From positions 17,873-64,693 of the forward strand of contig MHPU01000026.1 in assembly GCA_001820485.1 (NCBI GenBank): 46,821 nucleotides of DNA, read 5' to 3'. How positions within the stretch are numbered: position 1 is the first letter of the stretch; each line of letters opens with the position of its first letter. This DNA comes from Candidatus Staskawiczbacteria bacterium RIFOXYD1_FULL_32_13. GTDB taxonomy: Bacteria; Patescibacteriota; Minisyncoccia; Minisyncoccales; Staskawiczbacteraceae. This document shows positions 29,836 through 37,178 of the stretch, in pieces. The notes under the pieces are model-generated. The model was not told the DNA's origin and made no database searches. It saw nothing but the letters and a program-made list of their open reading frames with translations. Both the position numbers and the translations under genes were made by a program.

Positions 29836-29864
29836 ATTATATCATAATAAAATAAACCTGTCAA
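29836..29864 (-). promoter_or_regulatory. Perfect consensus promoter
   Basis: TTGACA, 17 nt, TATAAT with extended TG on the minus strand. Confidence 0.75.
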
Positions 29865-29887
29865 TAGTCAAGCCTATTTTTACAATA

Positions 29888-30889
29888 TTATTTTACTAGA
29901 TTCTGAGGATTACCAGAAATAAAATTATTTATGTTTTCTACTGTTGTATCTAAAATTCTTTCCAAAGCTTCTTGGCTATAAAAAGCAATATGAGGAGTAA
30001 AAACTACATTGTCTTTATTAAGAAGCTCGTGATCTCGCATTATTTGGCCAAAGTATTCGGCTTTTTTAGGATCTGATAATAATTGTTTTTCTTCTTTAAT
30101 TAATTCCTCACCTTCTAGTACATCAAGACCAACACCTGCTAATATTTTTTTATCTAAAGCTTCAATTAAAGCTTGAGTATCTACAATCCCCCCTCTTGAT
30201 GTGTTAATTAAAATTGCTCCTTTTTTAATTTTTTTAATTGAATCTTTATTTATTAAATGATGAGTATTTTCATTATCCGGAACATGCAAAGAAATTATAT
30301 CAGAATTTGCTAAAACTTCAGGTAAAGAAGCGTATTTAAAATGCAACACTTCAGCTAAAAAATTATCTGGTTTTGAATCATAAGCTAAAACATGCATACT
30401 AAAACTTTTAGCAATTCTTATTACATGCATACCAATGTTCCCTGCTCCAACAATTCCTAGAGTTTTTCCCTTTAAATCAAAGCCTTTTAAACCTTCTATT
30501 GAATAATCTTGTTTTAAAGTTCTTACATAAGCTTTATGCACATTGCGAGATAAAGCTAAAATCAATGCAAAAGTATGTTCAGCTACAGTATTTTCACCAT
30601 AATAAGGCACATTGCAAACAGTAATTTTTTTATTTCTACATTCTTTTACATCTATATGGTCAAAACCAGTTGATCTAGTTGCCAACATTTTTAAATTTGG
30701 CAAACTATTAATAATCTCTTTATTCATTTTAGAATAAATAAATATAGAAATTATATCAAATTTTTCTGATTTTTTAATATCAGTAAAATTAAAAGTATCT
30801 TGAAAAAATTCTAAATTATTATTTTTTAACTTCTTTTGTAAATATTTCTTTTCCCAATCTTTAATCTCAAAAAATGCAATTTTGCTCAT
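29888..30889 (-). CDS. D-isomer-specific 2-hydroxyacid (D-lactate-like) dehydrogenase
   Basis: RSTGFDHID, NVP.Y...VAEH, GAGNIG, INTSRG, DVLEGE, TPHIAF. Confidence 0.9.
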   Translation of the reverse strand: MSKIAFFEIKDWEKKYLQKKLKNNNLEFFQDTFNFTDIKKSEKFDIISIFIYSKMNKEIINSLPNLKMLATRSTGFDHIDVKECRNKKITVCNVPYYGENTVAEHTFALILALSRNVHKAYVRTLKQDYSIEGLKGFDLKGKTLGIVGAGNIGMHVIRIAKSFSMHVLAYDSKPDNFLAEVLHFKYASLPEVLANSDIISLHVPDNENTHHLINKDSIKKIKKGAILINTSRGGIVDTQALIEALDKKILAGVGLDVLEGEELIKEEKQLLSDPKKAEYFGQIMRDHELLNKDNVVFTPHIAFYSQEALERILDTTVENINNFISGNPQNLVK

Positions 30890-30921
30890 GTATATTTAAT
30901 ATATTAATTATAAATATATTG

Positions 30922-30993
30922 TGCCCTCGGTAGGAGTCGAACCTGCATTACAACGTCCGCAACGTTGCGTCCTATCCATTGAACGACGAGGGC
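30922..30993 (-). tRNA. tRNA-Arg(GCG)
   Basis: Cloverleaf GCCCTCG/CGAGGGC, anticodon arm CAACG-TTGCGGA-CGTTG, GTTCGAC T-loop; no encoded CCA. Confidence 0.93.
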
Positions 30994-30996
30994 TAA

Positions 30997-31010
30997 ATTC
31001 TGCGTAGAGG
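30997..31010 (+). repeat. Left att junction
   Basis: ATTCTGCGTAGAGG, 13/14 identical to 38760-38773. Confidence 0.8.
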
Positions 31011-31112
31011 ATTAAACCAAATTAGAACCTCTATTGAGGAAGAAATCCAATCCACTATTTAAAATCTTATCATAAAATCAATAAGAAAGAAAATTGATAT
31101 AATTTTTTTTGA

Positions 31113-31631
31113 CTATTTACCAACCAATTGACAGTTTCCATCTCTAAATTTATTACCAGCTATTATTTTTTGCATTTCTTCAGAATTAAAATCATTCCCA
31201 TTTTTAAATACCTCATCAAGAGCTTCTTCTTCACTAAGACTATGTATCCTTCCAAGAATAAACTCCTCTGTCGGTCCTTGAAGTGATAGTGTTACGCCTA
31301 TAGGAACTTCACTAGAAATATCTTTTTGCTCTATTTTATCAGCTTTTAATGCCTTTAAAAATGTTTGACCTTTAGAATAACCGAATAAAAATAATCTTTC
31401 TGCTTCATTTGTATCATTAATATGCGAAGCCCAAACTGAACAAGAAAAAGCACCCCACATCTGAGATCCCATTATAGCATATTCTTTTGAGCTTAATGTA
31501 AGAGCAGTATTTTTTTGTTCAAAATTTGTTATTTCAGAACTCGGACTCTTATAAAACGATAACCAAACACTGCTAACAATTATTGCTGTAATAGAAATTG
31601 CCACTACTATTTCGATTTTTTTGGATTGCAT
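31113..31631 (-). CDS. Membrane-anchored hypothetical protein
   Basis: Single N-terminal TM plus a helical soluble domain with two Cys. Confidence 0.7.
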   Translation of the reverse strand: MQSKKIEIVVAISITAIIVSSVWLSFYKSPSSEITNFEQKNTALTLSSKEYAIMGSQMWGAFSCSVWASHINDTNEAERLFLFGYSKGQTFLKALKADKIEQKDISSEVPIGVTLSLQGPTEEFILGRIHSLSEEEALDEVFKNGNDFNSEEMQKIIAGNKFRDGNCQLVGK

Positions 31632-31723
31632 AAATTATAAAAAGCTTAATTTAATAATTTAGATATATAAATCTAAATAAAATAAAGCTTATATTTAAGA
31701 TTAAATTTTATTCACTTAATAAT

Positions 31724-32224
31724 TTAATTTATTTTTCTAATATTTATAGCTTCCTCCACCGCGTCAGAAATATATTTTGAAATCCATTCATATCTTTCTT
31801 TGCTATTTTCCCCAGAAGGATTATAACATTTTACAATAGATGATAATTTTCTGCCTGTATTGCCATAGCCTATATAATCAAATGGATTATCGCCTCTTTC
31901 AGTAATAAATCCTTTACTATTTTTTAAACCATGTATGTATATTCCAACAACGCCCATTCCCTTATCCCATGACTTTATTATTTCATAATTTATCCATTTT
32001 CTATTTGCAGTTTGATTCCCAACAAGAACAATTGTACATGATCTATAATCCATTTGATTATTTATCCACCTCTTAATTGCTTCATCTTTACCTGCTTTAA
32101 TTTTCTCCCAATCATTATCAGGTGCTGGCTTATTTCCCTCAATGACGCCTATATTGCGAACCATTGATGCACGCCAACAATCAGGGCTATAGTGAAAACT
32201 ATAAAATACTTGTCTTTTTGCCAT
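31724..32224 (-). CDS. TIR-domain protein (ThsB / MTH538 DUF1863-like)
   Basis: RQVFYSFHY, IKRWI..Q, CTIVLVG..TANRKWINYEI (catalytic-type Glu), G.NPF. Confidence 0.88.
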   Translation of the reverse strand: MAKRQVFYSFHYSPDCWRASMVRNIGVIEGNKPAPDNDWEKIKAGKDEAIKRWINNQMDYRSCTIVLVGNQTANRKWINYEIIKSWDKGMGVVGIYIHGLKNSKGFITERGDNPFDYIGYGNTGRKLSSIVKCYNPSGENSKERYEWISKYISDAVEEAINIRKIN

Positions 32225-32228
32225 ATTT

Positions 32229-32630
32229 TTAATTTATTAAATATGTAATTAATATCATAATAAAAATTAATACACCATAAAACCACAATAATGTAGAAGA
32301 AAACATTGAATATGCCCAACTATTTCTATCTATACTTTTATATTTTTCTATATCCATCGAAAAATCAATATCCTTTTCATTTAATTTCCTAACATGATTA
32401 TATAAAGATCTAAATAATCTCTCTTGTGAAAGAAAATAACCATCAAGAATCCAAAATACAATAACTATTAAATACGCAATAAAAATATATTCTTTATTTA
32501 TAGGTTGTGTAGACCATGCAAAAAGAGCAGTAATAATCGTTATAACCCAACCTTTCAAGAAAAATAAATTACCAGCCATTCTATCTATAATGTTTTGTAT
32601 AAACTCTAAATGTTTTTGTTTGTTTTCCAT
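32229..32630 (-). CDS. Small 3-TM protein, partner of the TIR gene
   Basis: KHLEFIQ.II.RMA.N.F.LKGW, FWILDGYFLSQER.FR.LY. Ends 4 nt before the TIR start. Confidence 0.8.
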   Translation of the reverse strand: MENKQKHLEFIQNIIDRMAGNLFFLKGWVITIITALFAWSTQPINKEYIFIAYLIVIVFWILDGYFLSQERLFRSLYNHVRKLNEKDIDFSMDIEKYKSIDRNSWAYSMFSSTLLWFYGVLIFIMILITYLIN

Positions 32631-32936
32631 AAAATAAAAAGTATTTTATAATATTTATTAACTTATATAAGTATATTTTATCTTATATTATTCTACTTGT
32701 TTTATTATAAAAATACAAATTATAAAGCTTTATAAGTGGCTTATAGGGCTTTATCTTAAATTGGCTTGCTTTCTTTTTATCCTTTGTTATTAGATAAATT
32801 ATAAAATTTATAGGTACACCCTCTAATCTTAAAAAATGCTGTTATATATGTTATAAAAATATACTTAAGAAAACTCAAAAAGGCATAGACAATCTAGAGA
32901 ATCTCTAATAGTTAAGAAGTCTTTGCAAAAATCGGC

Positions 32937-33218
32937 TTAAGCCGATTTTTGTTTCTTTTCGTTTAACCAATAAATTGCATAGCTAATAAGCCCGACATCA
33001 ATAATCAATTTAATGCCATTATACCTGCTATGACACAAACCATCGGGTTCTTGGCTTTGTGATAAATACCCCGCTAGATCACTATTTTTTTGTTCTACGG
33101 CAGTTTGCAACATAATATTACAGACAGAATTTTTTTCATGCACATCATAAAAACCCCAAACAAGGTGAACAATAGAGCTTGTTAAAATAGTAATATAAAA
33201 TAATTTATTCCAATTCAT
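32937..33218 (-). CDS. Small 2-TM protein (93 aa)
   Basis: Two hydrophobic helices flanking a loop with two Cys; own promoter and structured leader. Confidence 0.65.
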   Translation of the reverse strand: MNWNKLFYITILTSSIVHLVWGFYDVHEKNSVCNIMLQTAVEQKNSDLAGYLSQSQEPDGLCHSRYNGIKLIIDVGLISYAIYWLNEKKQKSA

Positions 33219-33249
33219 ATTTAGTAAAATTTACTAATAATTATACAAA

Positions 33250-33418
33250 TTGTCGCCTTTCGACCTAAACAAAAAGGGACAACCTTACTTCTGGTCGCCC
33301 CACAATTTTTGCCCCAAAGGGTTCCAATCATGAGCAGTTTCAGGTTGCCCCTTATTACTCGTGATTGGAAAACACAAAAACAGACCTCTTTGGGAAATAT
33401 AAATTGTAGAGCGACACT
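33250..33418 (-). ncRNA. Structured 5' leader RNA with loop-downstream pairing
   Basis: Nested stems 33294-308/33401-415, 33313-19/33388-94, 33322-36/33356-70. Loop AAGGGGCAACCT is complementary to 33274-33285. Promoter TTTACA, 17 nt, TATATT at 33450-33422. Confidence 0.6.
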
Positions 33419-33467
33419 TTTAATATATCACACAAATAAATCCGTGTAAAATCAAAAATTATTTTAA

Positions 33468-34423
33468 TCATTTTCTTTATTCAAATATTTTCTTTGTGTT
33501 CGTTATCTTGGGGGGAAAATCGTGACGACTGCCGATAGGCGGTCGTTTGTCTGCCGATAGGCAGACGTTTGTCTGCCGATAGGCAGATAATATGAGTTGC
33601 AGTAGCTTAAAAAACACTTTGCTTTGCTTAATTAATTAAGGCGAGGGGTGTATCCACCCTTCGCCACGATTGCCCCCAACAAAAGCCAGCCAACGCATTA
33701 TTTTACAATCACTATTTAAAAGAGAAAATCCTAAAAGGAAATTTTTATTTTATTATTCTCTTATAAATAGTGATAGACTTTTTTTGTTGCCGAAAAACGC
33801 TTGATTGAAAAATAGGCAACCAGAAAATATCACACAAAATCGCTTCGCTATCAAATCACGCTGAAGCGCCATTTGATTTTTTATGTGATATTTTCTGCCT
33901 TTTTTTCAATCTTCGCTTTTCTCAAAGATTTTTCCTCTTACAGAGAAAATTCTTTCAGAAATTTTCGGCTAATCAAAAAAAATCCCTGCAAAATAAACGC
34001 CAACAGCATTAAAAAATATATCCGATTATCGCATATATTTTTTAAGATCTGCTGTTGGCTTGCTTTCTCTCCACCTTGACCCAATACATCTATGCCTTTA
34101 AAGGGCTATTATAAAGGCATAGAATGAATGTATTGCGTCAAGGTAGTAGAATGGCTGGCTTTTGTTGGGGGCAATCGTGGCGAAGGGTGGATACACCCCT
34201 CGCCTTAATTAATTAAGCAAAGCAAAGTGTTTTTAATTTCAATGTTTTAACCCACCCTACCAGAATTAAGGCATTAAAAATATTTTTAATTACAAGTGTT
34301 TTTTAAGCTACTGCAACTCATATTATCTGCCTATCGGCAGACAAACGACCGCCTATCGGCAGTCGTCACGATTTTCCCCCCAAGATAACGAACACAAAGA
34401 AAATATTTGAATAAAGAAGATGA
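33468..34423. repeat. Long inverted repeat (33468-33692 vs 34152-34423) enclosing a multi-hairpin core
   Basis: Arms near-identical except a 22-bp tandem duplication (left) and a ~60-bp insert (right). Core hairpins at 33708-774, 33803-911, 33919-960, 33999-34059 and 34073-144. Confidence 0.9.
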
Positions 34424-34550
34424 CGGAAAAAATATGTTTTCAAATTATATGATAATCGTATAGACCAGGGGGAGGATACCAATGGGGCAACTTTATTGAC
34501 AATTTATCTTTAAAATAGAATAATAGAGGCAAATAAATCAAAATAGTAAA

Positions 34551-34877
34551 ATGTTAAAAATTCGTAAATTACAATATATTGGGAAACAATATCTTTTAAA
34601 TGTGCCAGTTGAAATAATAAAAGAGGCAAAATTTAAAAAAGGCGACTATTTAGAGATAATGCAAGGCCAAAATAGCAACTTTTCTATTAGAAAAATTGCT
34701 GAAAATGATACACCAAGGGTAAAGGTAACCCTAGAATCGCTTAAAAATGAAGCTGTTGCCCTTGCTGGATTAATAAATGCCTTAAGATCTGCCCTGCCGT
34801 CTGCCGAGTTCTCGTTCCGGTTGGCTCAATTTTCTCATGTTCAAGCGAAAATAAGAAAATTGGAAAAGAAGAAGTAA
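34551..34877 (+). CDS. AbrB/MazE-like DNA-binding protein
   Basis: RKLQYIG..Y.LNVP.EI......KKGD.LEI swapped-hairpin pattern plus a helical tail. Confidence 0.7.
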   Translation: MLKIRKLQYIGKQYLLNVPVEIIKEAKFKKGDYLEIMQGQNSNFSIRKIAENDTPRVKVTLESLKNEAVALAGLINALRSALPSAEFSFRLAQFSHVQAKIRKLEKKK

Positions 34878-34907
34878 AAAATATTAAAAAGTAATGAAAA
34901 AGTAAAA

Positions 34908-35669
34908 ATGGCTATTAAAATTAATGCAGAAAACCAGAAGACAAAGGATTTTCTTGCATATATTGTTAAAAATATTGCTAAAAAACAAAGTCTTAAACAA
35001 TATGACGAGGTTTTAGTTGAAATACAAAAAGGCAAAACGCCTTTTCCTGAATTTAAGAAATATGATCATGGGTTGGGCAGTGACTATGACGCTTTAGAAA
35101 TGCAATGGAAGTCAAATCCAAAGTATAATGAAAAAGCAATCTTAATAGCTAAATACCTAAACGAAAACTTTGAGAATAGTGCAATTACCTCAACACCGAA
35201 ACAAGATAAAAATAAACCACTAACTTTTATAATTACGATTGTTATTAGTAACCCTTTTGAAATTTTAAAAATATATCAAAAATTAAATACTAAAAATGAA
35301 CTAAAAAAAATAATATTAAAAAATGAAAAACAGAGCAATAAAGATATTTCTAAAATTGAACTATATCTTAATCAAATCGGTGATTTATGGAGAGAACCAA
35401 AAATCAAATATTGTTATCATATGGGAGAAAAAAATGATAGGCATAAAATTTTTCGTTACCTTGTAGAAAATAAGGGATACCAAAATACTAATGATATTGC
35501 ATGCTTTCTTGGCGATAAAAAAGAGCAAGTTATAAGGACAGAAATAAAAAAAATTAAAGATAAAGCATCATATTTTCTTAGTATTAAAAACTCTGATTTA
35601 ATAGAATCTAGGAAAGGGAGCGGTTATAAAATAAACCCAAAATATCATATAAAAATAACAATTCTCTGA
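34908..35669 (+). CDS. Hypothetical protein with C-terminal OmpR-like winged helix
   Basis: KIFRYL...VIRTEIKKIK...LIESRKGSGYKIN wing. Confidence 0.65.
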   Translation: MAIKINAENQKTKDFLAYIVKNIAKKQSLKQYDEVLVEIQKGKTPFPEFKKYDHGLGSDYDALEMQWKSNPKYNEKAILIAKYLNENFENSAITSTPKQDKNKPLTFIITIVISNPFEILKIYQKLNTKNELKKIILKNEKQSNKDISKIELYLNQIGDLWREPKIKYCYHMGEKNDRHKIFRYLVENKGYQNTNDIACFLGDKKEQVIRTEIKKIKDKASYFLSIKNSDLIESRKGSGYKINPKYHIKITIL

Positions 35670-35704
35670 TATTCCCCTGCTCATGTTAATAAGTTTTGCT
35701 TATT

Positions 35705-35732
35705 ACAGCTCTATTTGAGCTGTTTTTTGTTT
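35705..35732 (+). terminator. Intrinsic terminator
   Basis: ACAGCTC-TATTT-GAGCTGT-TTTTTGTTT. Confidence 0.7.
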
Positions 35733-35789
35733 ACAAAAGATATCAAAGGATGATGTAAGGAATAGGTAATAATTTGGTAAAACTACGGC

Positions 35790-35978
35790 ATGCTATCAAA
35801 AGAAGCCATTGAGCAATACAAAAAAATCTACAGGAATGCTTATAATATTGAGCTGAATGAAAACGAGGCCACAGAAATGGCCAACGATCTTTTTGAATTT
35901 ATGCGAGCAGTTTATTTGCCTACAGGCGAAGAGGAATTAATAACAACACAAGAAAATGGAACAAAAAATACAAATTAG
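35790..35978 (+). CDS. Small helical hypothetical protein (62 aa)
   Basis: MLSKEAIEQYKKIY...L...EA...A..L; overlaps the next gene. Confidence 0.7.
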   Translation: MLSKEAIEQYKKIYRNAYNIELNENEATEMANDLFEFMRAVYLPTGEEELITTQENGTKNTN

Positions 35979-36249
35979 TGAAATTCAAATAGTACCCATT
36001 AAACCACAAGAGGGGCTGATTGCTTTTGCTTCTTTTGTTTTAGATAAAAAATATTATATTGGCTCGGTTGCTATTTATACTAGACTTAATGGCGAGGGTT
36101 TTCGGCTTGCCTACCCAACTAAAAAGATTGGCGACAGAGGTATTAATATTTTTTATCCTATAAATTCTGAAATAGGCAACGCAATAGAAAAAGAAGTAAA
36201 TAAAAAAGTTAATGAAATATTTTATGAAAGAACAAACAAGGCAATTTAG
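35956..36249 (+). CDS. SpoVG-family nucleic-acid-binding protein
   Basis: ISEIQI....GLIAFASFVLD.......I......G..LAYP.KK......IFYPIN. Confidence 0.8.
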   Translation: MEQKIQISEIQIVPIKPQEGLIAFASFVLDKKYYIGSVAIYTRLNGEGFRLAYPTKKIGDRGINIFYPINSEIGNAIEKEVNKKVNEIFYERTNKAI

Positions 36250-36997
36250 CCAACTATGGGATGATGGAATAAAGTCAGGAATTGTGGGAAAAATAGGAAC
36301 GCAAGTTTTCGCCTTGTTAGTGGTTTTAGCACCATTTATGAATGAGCGTGGCGAGTGTTATCCAACAGAAAATACTCTCGCATTCATTCTACATAAATCT
36401 ATACCCAGCATTATTAAAATGGTAAGTAAAGCTAAAAAGACAATTTATAATGGTGAAGCAGTTTTGAAAGTTAGGCAACAAAAAAGAGTAGACAATGGCA
36501 AAATATTATGGGGGAGCAATTTTTATACTATTTCAAAATCTATAAGAAGTGATCTATTAAGTCGTTATGTTTCCGTAGATAAAAACTTATCTACGGAAAA
36601 TAAAAGCAATTTGAGATCAAAAACACTATTACCGCCAATATCTTTTCCGCCTACGGAAGAAGTATCAACTAACGATAGCCGTTCGTTAAACCATATATTT
36701 ACGAACGATAATAAAAAATCGCTCATAAATATAAATGGCTATAACGAAATTTCCCTAATGGAATTTAGAAAAACAATAAAAAACGAAGTTGATATGAAAT
36801 GTTACGAGATAGCAGAATGGCTTGGCGAAAAAAATATAAATTTTATCCTTAGCGCTTTAAATGATAATAAGTGTGGAATGCACGGCATTGAGCATGCATA
36901 TAGAAAAGTTAAAGATTATGTTGGTGATGGCAATGTGAAAAGCAAACCCAAACTTTTTAATTGGCATATTCAGAATTATAAAAAAGGGAAAAGATAA
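36224..36997 (+). CDS. Putative replication initiator (N-terminal wHTH, low-complexity linker, C-terminal helical domain)
   Basis: GECYPT..TLA..L HTH, SNFYTI wing, C-terminal V.SKPKLFNW; internal palindrome at 36570-36599. Start moved to MKEQ. Confidence 0.6.
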   Translation: MKEQTRQFSQLWDDGIKSGIVGKIGTQVFALLVVLAPFMNERGECYPTENTLAFILHKSIPSIIKMVSKAKKTIYNGEAVLKVRQQKRVDNGKILWGSNFYTISKSIRSDLLSRYVSVDKNLSTENKSNLRSKTLLPPISFPPTEEVSTNDSRSLNHIFTNDNKKSLININGYNEISLMEFRKTIKNEVDMKCYEIAEWLGEKNINFILSALNDNKCGMHGIEHAYRKVKDYVGDGNVKSKPKLFNWHIQNYKKGKR

Positions 36998-37006
36998 ATA
37001 TTCATA

Positions 37007-37157
37007 TTGCATTTTAAAAAGTAATAGTGATATAATAAAATTGTTGAGGATAATTCGCTTGGAAAAGGTATTTTATTTATAAAATAGAATATTAAAAGGG
37101 GCTGAAACGCGAGTTATCCTCAACAAATAACTTTTTCCGTTTCAGTCCCTTTTAGTA
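37007..37157 (+). promoter_or_regulatory. Integrase promoter and structured leader
   Basis: TTGCAT, 18 nt, TATAAT with TG (37007-37036). Pairings 37041-58/37109-26 and 37090-109/37138-157, with G.U pairs on +. Confidence 0.65.
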
Positions 37158-37178
37158 TAGTAAAAATAAAATAAAATT

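Noticed and set aside
33524..33590. CTGCCGATAGGC repeats as a CRISPR array
   Set aside because: Only three short tandem hairpin units with no unique spacers and no cas genes.
33873..34079. 68-aa ORF within the structured block
   Set aside because: TTG start, no RBS, low-complexity translation of hairpin sequence.
33468..34423. MITE or transposon with long terminal inverted repeats
   Set aside because: No target-site duplication (TTTTAA left, CGGAAA right) and no transposase. Kept as an unexplained structure.
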